Below the pieces are notes generated by a model. That model was not told where the DNA came from and searched no databases. It saw only the letters and a program-made list of their open reading frames with translations. From NCBI RefSeq assembly GCF_004010195.1, contig NC_057746.1, positions 28,987,861 through 29,049,367 on the forward strand: 61,507 nt of DNA, read 5' to 3'. Origin of the DNA: Chiloscyllium plagiosum. Taxonomy: Eukaryota. Below are positions 51,105 to 61,507 of this stretch, piece by piece. The position numbers and the translations under genes are program-made. Position 1 is the stretch's first letter, and each line of letters begins with the position of its first letter.

Positions 51105-51243
51105 AATATAAGCCTTTCCTGAAGAAGGGCTTATGCCCGAAACGTCGATTCTCCTGTTCCCTGGATGATGTCTGACCTGCTGCGCTTTTCCAGCAACACA
51201 TTTTCAGCTCTGATCTCCAGCATCTGCAGACCTCACTTTCTCC
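51105..51243 (+). mobile_element. 139 bp PLE family A insertion consisting of hammerhead motif plus 3' tail
   Basis: 15 bp TSD tcaaaatattgacaa (51090-51104, 51244-51258). Confidence 0.85.
51116..51150 (+). ncRNA. Minimal hammerhead ribozyme motif (family A)
   Basis: CUGAAGA a GGGC uuau GCCC GAAA cGUC (predicted site after 51146); stem I only ~2 bp. Confidence 0.5.
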
Positions 51244-51489
51244 TCAAAATATTGACAATCAAGACACTCACAGTCCAATGCACCCTGGTTTTCCCATCAT
51301 TCTGGTGAAAATCGCGGTGGCATTCACTCTGCTGAGTCAAAATAGGTGACTTTGAATTTCTTCTCCTATAAACTTAATCTTGTCAGAGAATTTGAAGGGC
51401 AGATAACGTCAGGAAATTGATCGAGATATCCACAAATCTAAGTGCGGACATTAATCCCATTACAGTACACGGTGTTCGCTGGGAACTCT

Positions 51490-51765
51490 TGCATCTTCCC
51501 ACTCACCAAATCGCTCCACCCTTCCCACTGACCAATCACAATAATCCCCAACCTGCATTCACCTATCACCGTCCATCTACCCTTTTCCCCAGCCCCATCC
51601 CCTCCCTCTATTTCTATCTGGGCTCCCTCCTGAGACCAGACGAAGGGTTTCTGCCCGAAACAGTGACTTTCCTGCTCCTCGGATGCTGTCTGACCTGCTG
51701 CACTTTTCCAGCTCCATATCTATTGACTCTGACTTCCAGCATCTGCAGTCCTTCAGTCTCCTGCG
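51490..51765 (+). mobile_element. PLE family A-like 3' tail
   Basis: gaagggtttctgcccgaaacagtgactttcctgctcctcggatgctg...ccagcatctgcagtcc. Confidence 0.65.
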
Positions 51766-51804
51766 TTTGTATCTTTTGTAAAAAGAAAGCTTCAGAAACT
51801 CGTT

Positions 51805-52060
51805 TAGACTTTTTTTTTAATTTCAAAAATATACTTTATCCATAAAAGTATCTTTGTGTATGTACAGTCATAAATGCCATTCGGTTCTGTACAGTTGCAT
51901 TTGAGGAAACAAGCAAACATTAGCGTTCCACTCTATCAAACAAAACAAGGGCAGCTCTGACACGGACAAGACAATATTTACATCTATTTGAGGCACCGAG
52001 AGGGCAAACAACTTTGACTGTAATAATCTCGATCCACTGCGAGACTGCACCAGGTGTACT
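51805..52060 (-). mobile_element. Poly(A)-tailed non-LTR element 3' end (L1/Tx1-like)
   Basis: T-run at 51810-51818 next to a ataaagtatatttttgaaa motif on minus. Confidence 0.35.
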
Positions 52061-52129
52061 GTGACCTATTGTAGACTTCTCAGCTGAGGACGGATAGACC
52101 TGTCTCAGAGGGAGTGCAACAAAGATTCA

Positions 52130-52645
52130 ACCTGGAGACCAGAGAGAGATGTGAAAGGGGGGAGGTGACCAAGGACATGTGGACAGCAGGTCTGGACAGA
52201 GAGAGAGGCTAATAAGATCTCAAAGGAGATCAGCATGGGTGAACTATATGATAACTACCCAAATAATGTGAGAATAGACCTCGGAGTAGGGCAGAGAGAA
52301 TGGATGAATGTGCTGAAAGCAACCCGTCTCACAAGACACGGAGTGGTGTGGGGAAAAACCGGCAATGATGGGATTAGGCTCTAAAATTACTGCAATCGAT
52401 ATTGAGGCCTAAAGGCCCCAGGGTTCCCAAATGGAAAATGAGATGCCGGTTTGCGAACTTGCGCTGAGGTTGGCTAGAACATTGCAGAAAACCGGAGACA
52501 GAAATGTCGGCCAGGACACACGGTGGTGTGTTGAAGTCGCAGACAGTTGGAAGCCCAGGGTCAATTGTTACTGTCAGAACGTGGGTGTTCTGCAAAGCAG
52601 TCACCCAGATTGTGTTTGGTCTCTTCATGGAGAGCAAATACAGTA
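52130..52645 (-). mobile_element. PLE GIY-YIG fragment
   Basis: HLIFHLGTLGPLGLNID motif. Confidence 0.7.
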
Positions 52646-54008
52646 ACACCAGTTTACACAGTTGTCGATATTGAGATCAATTTGTCCATTTGATTATTCT
52701 GCCAATGTCACTTTGTAATTTGATACGTATCTGTCAGTGTTTCACAACGTCATCTATTGTACCATTGGGAATGTTGGATTTGTGGCTTTCTGTCCCGGCA
52801 TCTAAGTAATAAATCAGTAGAATGATGGAAACATTGTTAACACCAAAGGAATGTTCTTAACTCGCAGAGAGATTGATGACAGAACTGAGCAGAAGTGAGC
52901 TGTAAATAAATGTATCGGATAATCTGAGCATTGGGTTAAGAACACAAGAGAGCAGAGGTGAGGAGGTTATAAGATCAGAAATTGATCACAAAAGAGTTTA
53001 ATACTAATAATGTCTCCTGTCGCTCAGCCAATTTCCCAAACAGGACAAGCCTTCAATGCGACATGCTCCCCATAGTCGCTGCTTAAAATCCAATACCTTC
53101 CCCAAGGGAACCGCTCCCTTTGGCTGTGGGTTTTCACATTCGCACCACCCTCTGGAATATAATCCCTCCGAATATCGGAATGAAAACACCTTTTGTGATC
53201 AGTTGATTTTCTTTCTTTCTGAGCGAGTGTCGGTGGGGCCTGTCTTATGGAGGTTACAGCATCGACAGAAAATCCACTGGCTCATCTCTCCAGCCTTCCT
53301 CTGGAAAGGAACATTCCAGAAACAGGGAAACTGCCTCGGCTCCAGTGGGAGGTGTCAGTTGTGGTTCAGTAGGAGCGCTCTTCCCTCTGATTCAGGTCAG
53401 GGGCATCGAGGCCTGGACAATAATCCAGACGGAGCCTGCCGTGCGGGACTGAGAGGGGATAAGGCAACTGCTCTGCTCACTGGGTTCGTGACTGTGTTTC
53501 ATTTGTTTATGTAAATCACAACAGCGAGTACATTTCAGAAAGGCTGAATGGTCAACGTGCTTGGGTAAATCTTATTGTCGTGAAGGACGCTATATAAATG
53601 CAAGAGATTCACAAATCTAATTCCTGGAGAGACTGCCTCCGTATCTGTCATCTCAATATCTGACGGACATGTATAATACTTTGTCTCTGAATTTGAGTGC
53701 ATGCAATCACTCACACAATTCAGGTTACAGATCCGAATCTTACACCATGTTTCACCAGAGGGTTTGGAACCGGGGCAGTGAGTTCAGTCTGCAGCAAAAT
53801 GTCAGGAAAACTCCCTCACCGCCCATCTCCGCCTCATATCTCTCTCCGTCCCACCCAATGTCAACACACCATGGACTTTCCCCCTCCCGGCCAGAGTTCG
53901 TCTTCTCCTCCTACTCCTCGCGTTCTAACTCCGTTTCTTCTTCAACATATTAACGTTTATTTCCCTCCCTTTAAAATATCTGCAGCATAAAGCTATCTTA
54001 TATATTAT

Positions 54009-54356
54009 TTCTTCACCGATCCGGTCATATTGGATTGTGGGTACACCTTCTGCCGCTCCTGTATCACCCAGAGTTGGGAAGAGAAGGAGATAAACTCCTG
54101 TCCGGAATGTAGAGAGGTGTTTCCGGAAAGAAACCTCAGGGTAAATCGGGCCTTAGCGAATCGGGCCGAGGAGGCTCGAAAATTAAAGCTGGATCCGACA
54201 GAGAAGGAAAGTAAACCTCACTGTGAGGAACATCAGGAAGATCTGAAGCTGTTTTGTGAAACTGACAAGAAGTTGATCTGTCTGATTTGTAGAGATTCGC
54301 GGGAACACAGAGAGGACCGCTTCCTGCCGATCAATGAGGCTGTTGAATCTTACAAG
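54009..54356 (+). pseudogene. TRIM pseudogene exon: truncated RING plus B-box
   Basis: FFTDPVILDCGYTFCRSCI...CPECR, CEEHQEDLKLFCETD...CLIC...H; start codon and first CxxC absent (in-frame TAA at 53988), RING His to Tyr, last B-box His to Asp; donor aag|gtaaag. Confidence 0.9.
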
Positions 54357-54434
54357 GTAAAGGGTAAATATCTTATAAACTGAGAGCTCTATTATGTTCC
54401 GACACATTAATTCTGTAATTTCTCTCAATTCCAG

Positions 54435-54530
54435 GATCAGCTGAACTCTTCCTTAGATTCTCTCACAGAGAAGAAATCGGCGGTTCTACAAACGGAACTG
54501 ACCCAGAAACGGAAGATTTCCGAAGTGAGG
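54435..54530 (+). pseudogene. TRIM coiled-coil exon (96 nt)
   Basis: DQLNSSLDSLTEKKSAV...SEVR; canonical 96 nt TRIM exon with ccag| and |gtgagc. Confidence 0.88.
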
Positions 54531-54623
54531 GTGAGCTCTCCCTGTGCTGATTCTCTGGGATCTGGGTTAGTTTTGTTCCCTTTATCGCGGGACATTAATG
54601 AGGTTTCACATTTCATTTGGTAG

Positions 54624-54858
54624 GAACAGGCGAGCAGTCTGCAGACCCACATCACATCCGAGTTCACTAAAATGCACCAGATTCTCACTGAGAAAGAGCA
54701 GCGTTTACTCAGAGATCTCAGGGAAGAAGAGGAGAGGGTTGTAGAACCAATGGAGGAAAATCCTTCCAGAGATTCAGGAGAATTTAAATTCTATTGAGGA
54801 GGAACTCTCAAAGTTGCAGAAACAGATGGAGCAGAAAGACGAGCTGATATTTCTGAAG
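54624..54858 (+). pseudogene. TRIM coiled-coil exon (234+1 nt, frameshift near 54762)
   Basis: EQASSLQTHITSEFTKMHQILTEKEQRLLRDL...; 235 nt, reading resumes +1 as EIQENLNSIEEELSKLQKQMEQKDELIFLK. Confidence 0.88.
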
Positions 54859-55383
54859 GTGAGGGATTATATTCCAGATTAGGTAATGGAAATTTCACTC
54901 AGTTACAAAAAACGGATAATAATTGTTATGTTGATATAGCAATTACTAAGAAAAAACAGAATTAAATTGAATCTCTGACTGGACGATTCTGATATTATCA
55001 CTGAACTAACACCTCCCACAGTGTCTGCAGCATCTCGGGAATATCGACATTCTCCCGGGAATGGGCTGTGATGTTTTCAAATGTTTCGTTATTATCTCCC
55101 TGTTCCCCAAGTTTAATTATCTCCTGGAACTCCCATTGTAATCCAGTTCCAGTTCCATGTGGAGAGTGTGTGGGTGTGCCTGGTACAGTGGGAGTGTGAG
55201 AGTCACTGTGTCTGTGAACGGGACTGATGGTCAGTTCCAGTTTATTTTACCCTCTCCTCAATCTTCCTTCCAAAATGTATCAGTTTCCACTTCCGTGTTG
55301 TGTCTGCACATTTCAGCAGCCTGTCTGTCTCCTCCTGAAATCTGTTACTGCCATCCTCACTGTTTGTGATTCATTTCTTTTAG

Positions 55384-55406
55384 GAGGAAGCTTGTCGGGA
55401 GATCAG
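55384..55406 (+). pseudogene. TRIM 23 nt linker exon (EEACREI)
   Basis: ttttag| 23 nt |gtaggg, canonical TRIM exon size after the coiled-coil exons. Confidence 0.75.
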
Positions 55407-55921
55407 GTAGGGCATGCTCTTTACTGAAACTCTGCACAGTTTGCTCAATAGCTCAGTGACGGGTTATTATGGGGTTATTTCCTAGTAAATGTCGCCGCTT
55501 TAAAGGGTCGGTTATCGGGTGACAGTAACTCCGTTTATTGTTCACACACCAGTGTTTTTTATAATAAGAAGCTTATTGCAGAGTTGAGACAATATTAGAT
55601 TTTATAAAACTGTTCTGTAGCATTGTAAGCAATAACAAGATACCTGTGAATAATACAACCTAGTTCTCAGGCTGAAAGTGATCACTTCCCTGATTTGGGC
55701 TGTTTGAGTGACTGTGATTTCCTTCTGACCCTGAGAGAGAGACGGCCCATGTTTCCAGGGAATGGCCATCCCTGTCCCTGCATGGTTCCAGAACAACTCG
55801 AGACAGCACTAGTTGTTAAAACCAGGAGACTGTCCCTGGAAATATTATACTTTCTGTGGGTCCATTTGGATAAGCGTCTGAAGCCATCAGCTCTGTATGT
55901 CAGAGCAGGGAAGGGTTCTGT

Positions 55922-58490
55922 CTAACGAGGGGAATAACGACAAGATAGGAAGAGGTATCTGGAGCTGGTGCTCAGCCTCTGCAATGTAGCGATCAGTCTG
56001 CCAGAGTACAACAGCAGCACTCTGATCAGCAGGCTTCATAACAAAGTCAGGTTAGATCTGAGAGTACAGAGTGCTCAGTTTCTTTGAAAAAGAATCTGCT
56101 CCCCATCCCACAGACCCCTTAGCCCAGCTTCAACATTCTCCCTCCACCTGGGCCCCTCTCCCATGTCTTTTGACCTGTACTTGATCTGTTCCTTGAGGGC
56201 TATCACAACTGTGACATTGATCACCTCAATTTGTCTGCCCCCATTACACATTCCAATCTATCATCCCAAGAACTGACAGCACTACGTGCACTCAGATCCA
56301 ACCCTGACTTTGTGATGAAGCCTGCTGATCAGGATGGGGCTGTTGTAGTCTGGCAGACTGACCTCTATATTGCTCAGGTTGAGCGCCAGCTCTCAAATAC
56401 CTCCTCCTATTGCTTCCTGGATCCTGATGCCATGATGGAACAACAGACCATTGTTTCAACCACAGTCACCAACCTCATTTCATGTCATGTTCTCCCACAA
56501 CATCCTCCAAACTGACATCCTCCAATCCTGAAAAATTAATTTCGATCTCCTTCCCAAAATTCCCAGGCAGACCCATTGTTTCTGCCTGCTCCTGCCCCAC
56601 AAAACTCATCACTTCCTACCTTGACTCAATCTTTTCTCCCCTGGTCCTGTCACTGCCCACTTGCATCCATGATTCCTCGGATACTTTATGCCAGTTTAGA
56701 ATTTCCATTTGCAGACTCCAGCTGCCTGCTGTTCACCATGGGATGCATAATCCCTTTATGCATCCCAACCCCATCAGTATGGTCTCAGGACTCTCTATGT
56801 CTTCCTGGAACAATGCCTAAACCATCCCCACCCACCACCACCCTCCTTCACCTGGCCAAGCTCATCCTCACTCTGAACAACTTCTCTTTTAACTTCCATA
56901 ATTTTCTTCAGGTCAAAGGTGTGACCATATGTATTTGCATGGACCCAAGTTTTGCCCATCTCTTTGTGAGATATTGGAATATTCCTTGTTTCAGTCCTTT
57001 TCTGCCCCCACCCACAAGTCTTTCTTCAGTAGATTGATGATATATCATCAGTGCTGACTGCCTGTCTTGTCTAGAATTGAAGTTTATCTATTTTGCTTCC
57101 AACTTCCACCCTGCTCTTACCTTCACCTGGTCCATCTTTGACCCCTCCCTTCCTTTCTTTGACATCTATATTCCTATTTCTAGGGATCAACTCTCCCCTA
57201 ATATCTATTATAAACCCACCAACTCCCAAAGTTATCTGGGTGGTGCTGAGTTCACTGCTTTTCATCATTCATATAAATGATTTGGATGGGAACATGTGAG
57301 GTTTAGCTATTAAGTTTGCAGATGACACTAAAATTGGAGGTGTAGTGGACAGCAAAAAGGTTACCTCAGAGTACAATGGGATCTTGTGCAAATGGGTCAA
57401 TTGGCTGTTAAGTGGCAGATGGAGTTTAATTCAGATAAATGTGAGGTGCTGCATTTTGGGGAAGCAAATCAGAGCAGGATATATACACTTACTGGTAAGG
57501 TCCTAGACAGTGTTGCTGAACAAAGAGACCTTGGAGTGCAGATTCATAGTTCCTTGAAAGTAGAGTCACAGGTAGATAGGATAGTGAAGAAAGATATTTG
57601 GTATGCTTTTCTTTATTGGTCAGAGTATTGAGTATAGGTGTGGGAAGGTCATGTTGCAGTTATCCAGGATATTGCTTAGGCCACTTTTGGAATATTGTGT
57701 ACAATTCTTGTCTCCTTCCTATTGGAAGCATGTTGTGAAACCTGAAAGCATTCAGAAAAGATTTACAAGGGTGTTGCCAAGTTTGGAGGATTTGAGCTAG
57801 AGGGAGAAGCTGAATAGGCTGGAGCTGTTTTCCCTGGACTATCATAGGCTGAGGTCCTTAGAGAAATTTATGGGACTAGATTAGGTTAGGGTTTCTGGTC
57901 ATCATGGAGAAGTTGGACTGAAGAGTCTGTTTCCGTGCTATTCATCTCTATCACTGTACATGCTCACACCCTGCTTCCTGTAAAGACCATAATCCATTCT
58001 CCCAGTTCCCCCTTATTCGATGATGCCACTGTTGACAAGGGAGCCTTCAAAGTTTCCATCTTGTTCCTCAACAGATGATTTCCCAGCATCATTGTTGAGA
58101 GGGCCCCCAGCTGGGTCTGATTCATTTCCTGTAATTCAGCACTCACGCCCTCTTCTTTCCCAAAACAGTGATTGTATTACCTTGTCCTTACCCAGCATCC
58201 ACATGCAGAGGATCATTTGCTGCCATTTCTGCCACTTCCTGCAAGATGCCACCACCAGACACCAGACGCCTCCCCTCCTTTGTCAGCTTTCTGCGGGGAC
58301 CGTTGCCTTTGGGACACCCTGGTTACTTGCAACATCGCCCACCAACCATCCCACCTGCCCAGCCTCATGGTACGTTCCCCTTGCTACCATCAGTTCTGAG
58401 GAAGGGTCACTTGACCAAATACGTTAACTCTGATTTTGCTGCACAGCTGCTGCCAGACCTGCTGAGCCTGATGACTATCTACAGGTTTAA
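55922..58490 (+). mobile_element. Penelope-like element (family C), RT region with inverted 5' segment, split by CR1
   Basis: ALRSNPDFVMKPADQDGAVVVW, GRPIVSAC, LILTLNNFSFN..FLQVKG; 55945-56084 inverted relative to 56268-56410; family C tail at 58393-58470. Confidence 0.8.
57240..57960 (+). mobile_element. CR1-type LINE 3' fragment nested in PLE
   Basis: HINDLD, KFADDTKIGG, WQMEFNSDKCEVLHFG. Confidence 0.88.
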
Positions 58491-58579
58491 CACAGTTAGG
58501 TGTTAAACAAGGCAGAGATATTTGTACATTTCCATAAGGGAGGATGAATAGACAGTTTGTAGATAGTGATTTTGATAGA

Positions 58580-58865
58580 ATCCAAGAATCCCTTCAGTGT
58601 GGAAGCAGGCTATTCAGCACCATCGAGAACACACCAATCCCCAGACTCAACCCCCACCATATCCCTGTTACTCCACATTTCACATGGCTACATCTACCTA
58701 GCCTGCTCACTATCGAGAAAAGTTGCATAGCTTTGCACTGTGGGAGGAAACCCATGCAGATAGTCGCAAACATGCAAACACCACACAGACATTTACCCAA
58801 AGCTTGAATCAAACTCAGCTCCCTCATGTAGTGAAGCAGCAGTGCTAACCATTGAGCTAACATCA
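58580..58865 (-). mobile_element. HE1-type SINE (diverged)
   Basis: gcagcagtgctaaccattgagcta head on minus strand. Confidence 0.75.
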
Positions 58866-59864
58866 TGAGCGCTTTTACTGATCAAGCAGTCAATCCAGTA
58901 TGAGGGTTGTGATTCAGTGAAATATTCCTGCTCAGTTTTCCAAGGATTTGGAATGTGAGAAGGGTCCAGGTCATCTTGCAGGTGGGGGCAGGTGACTGGA
59001 AAATTGCCATTATTTCCAGGTGAGGGAACAGACCAATTTAGGATGCTGAGAATATGGGAGGAAATCGACAACAATGAAGCAATGAGTAGCCATGTGAATA
59101 ACTAACTCATCTCCTAGGAACAGAGAAATCGCTACAGAGGAGGGTATGATAAATCAAATTGTATTCAAATATCACCCATGGTGCCCACATATTAGCCCAA
59201 AGAACTTTTGAACCATTGAAGTGTTTTTGAGGAATATTCCCTATTGTAATGAGGGCAATGAGAGAATCCATCTGTGAACAATGAGGTCACAGAAACAGCA
59301 TTGTGATTATGAGAAAGTCATCAGTTTTGATGGTATTAGTTGTGGTAGAAAGGTTCAGTTACACCAAGGAAGCCAACACATTGCATTATTTCTAACAGCA
59401 ATGCAAGAGGTCAAAAAGTAGGTCCTCGAGGATTGTAATATCTGTTCTCGTGTCAGGAGGAATAGGAGGATAAAGTAGATTAATTTATGGCTGAGGAGCT
59501 GGTGTGAGGAGCATTTTTGGACAATTTGGGTCTCTTCTTGGGAAGAAGTGAACTGACTAAGAAGGACTGGCTGCAACTAAATTGGAAAGGGACCAATATC
59601 CTCGCAGGGAAATTTGCTAGTCCTACTCGGGAGGCTGAAGGGTGAATTTGATGAAGGGTTAGAGAATTATGATGAGTATAAATGAGTAAATAGCAAGCTT
59701 ATTTTCCCTTAATGGAATGTTCAATAACTGGGGACATAGGTTTAAGGGAGGGCGCAGGGGTTTTCGAGGGGGATTACTCACTCGGATGATCATAGGTGTC
59801 AGGAACTGACTGCCTGAAAGGAGACAGAAATCTTTGCAATATTTTGGAAGTCATGCAGTTGGAG

Positions 59865-61190
59865 TGATAGAGTCACACAACACAGAAACAGACTCTTCCA
59901 TCCAAGTCATCTGCACTGACCAGATACCCCAAACTGACCTAGTCCCTTTTACCAGCATTTGGCCGATGTCCGAAGCATGCCATACTCCCTTTTCACTACC
60001 CTGTTCCATCTGCAATTCCACCCCAAATTACCATGCACCTGCTCCCCCAGGCCTCTCATTCAGTAACACTCCCCAGTATCACACCATCAACTATATGAGT
60101 ATTGTCGTGGTTTGCCCAACCAAATTGCAACACCTCACATTTATCTAAATTAAACTCCATCTGCCACTCCTCAGCTCATTGACCCATCTCATCAAGGCCC
60201 TGTTATGCTCTGAGATAATCCTTTTTACCATCCGCTAGACCACCTATTTTTGTGCCATCAGCAATCTTACAAACCATGCCTCTTTTTTCACATCCAAATA
60301 ATTTATATAAATGACACACTGATCCTTGTGATGCACTGCTGGTCATAGTTCTGTCACCACCCTCTGTCTCCTACCTTCAAGTCAGTTTTGTACTGAATTA
60401 ACAAGCTCCCCGGATCCCATGGGATGTAACCTTACAAACCAGTCTACCATGCGGAACCTTGTTGAAAGCTTTGCTGAAGTCCATATGGACAACCTCTACT
60501 GCTCTGCCTTCATCAATCTTTTTGTCACCTCTTCAAAAAATCAATAAATACATCATTTCCTAATTATAAAGCCATGTTGACTGTTGCTAATATGTCATTG
60601 TCTTTCCAAATGTATGTAAATTCTGTCATTTTTTTCTCCAACAACTTAGCCACTACTGATGTAAAGCTCACGGGTTTAATATTCCATTGCATTTCCTGAG
60701 AGACAGTGAGGACTGCAGTTGCTGGAGAGTCAGACTTGGTAAAGCGTGGTGCAGGAAAAGCACAGCAGGTCAGGTAACATCCAAAGAGCAAGAGGGTCAA
60801 TGTTTCGGGCATGACGCATCTTCAGTCCTGAAGAAGAGTCATGCTGTAAACTTTGACTCTCTTGTCCTCGGATTCTGCCTGACACGCTGTGCTTCTTCCA
60901 GTGCCATGCTTTACCAACACTCGCTTTTCCTTACAGCCTTTCTTAAATAATGGCACCAAATTAACCAATCTCCAGTTCTGGCACCACAGCCATGGCTGTC
61001 GATGGTACAAATATGTCAGTGAGGGGCCCAGCAATCTCTTCCTTAGCTTCCCATGAAGTTCTGCAAAACACCTCAGGTCATGGGGATTTATCCAGCTTTA
61101 TACATTTTAAGTCCTCCAGCACCTCGTCTTCTCTAATATGAACTCTTTTCAAGACATCACTAATTATTTCTCCAACTTCCCAAACTCCTG
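59865..61190 (-). mobile_element. CR1-type LINE fragment
   Basis: NWRLVNLVPLFKKG, PVSFTSVVAKLLEK, DFSKAFNKVPH. Confidence 0.8.
60698..60917. repeat. Compact palindrome of family A PLE tail centred immediately 5' of the hammerhead core
   Basis: 60736-60825 inverted at 60828-60917, centre tcttcag-tc-ctgaaga; inserted in CR1 with degenerate TSD. Confidence 0.8.
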
Positions 61191-61199
61191 GGAAATGGG

Positions 61200-61507
61200 A
61201 TACAAGTTGACAGGCTCACACTCACACTTCCCTCTCATTTTCTCCTCCAACCTACTCTCCCATCACTCCCCAACCTTACTCCATCTCCATATCACTTGCA
61301 CCCCCCAATTCTCTATTCCACTCACTCCAAGACTCTCAGTCTTCCACCACATATTTCACTTTCACTCTCTCCATCCGTCTACCTGACTCTCTTCCTCCAA
61401 GTCATGCTCCTCATTTTCATTCCCCCTCCCCACACTCTCATTGCCAATTTCCTTCTCATTCTACCTTACTCCAGCTCTTGCCTCCTCCACACTTTTGACC
61501 TTACACA
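61200..61507 (+). repeat. Pyrimidine-rich low-complexity tract running off the window end
   Basis: Strong C/T bias, similar in character to tracts before BTN exons at 7276, 31804 and 34070. Confidence 0.6.

Noticed and set aside
53056-53514. 152 aa ORF upstream of the TRIM
   Set aside because: Crosses TE remnants and promoter-like DNA; no RING N-terminus or known motif

Overview
Repeat-rich vertebrate genomic DNA, almost certainly from a cartilaginous fish. This is inferred from the abundant HE1-type tRNA SINEs, CR1/HER1-type LINEs and a shark-style TRIM exon layout; no database search was run. The window holds one + strand butyrophilin (BTN/BTNL)-like gene reconstructed by eye. Its parts are an ISRE/ETS/GC-box promoter and non-coding exon 1 (~2851-3007), signal peptide exon (6415-6454), IgV (7495-7857), a 22 kb TE-filled intron, IgC (29901-30185), TM (31588-31704) and a run of 24-27 nt phase-1 cytoplasmic mini-exons. 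It ends in a stop-containing linker exon (39501-39527) and a decayed PRY/B30.2 exon (40502-), so it appears to be a butyrophilin that has lost B30.2 and has candidate new C-termini. One candidate terminal exon (34372-34397) lies in the loop of a ~100 bp near-perfect intronic inverted repeat. Downstream, on the same strand, is a TRIM (RING-Bbox-coiled coil) pseudogene (54009-55406). The rest is nested TEs: CR1 LINEs, SINEs, a Gypsy element, a Gmr1-type Gypsy (integrase upstream of RT), a solo LTR and a possible ERV env relic. There are also many Penelope-like elements (PLEs) from three families whose ends carry minimal hammerhead ribozyme motifs, several arranged as palindromes with TSDs. Most listed six-frame ORFs are TE fragments or noise. 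No CRISPR, rRNA or genuine tRNA genes were seen.
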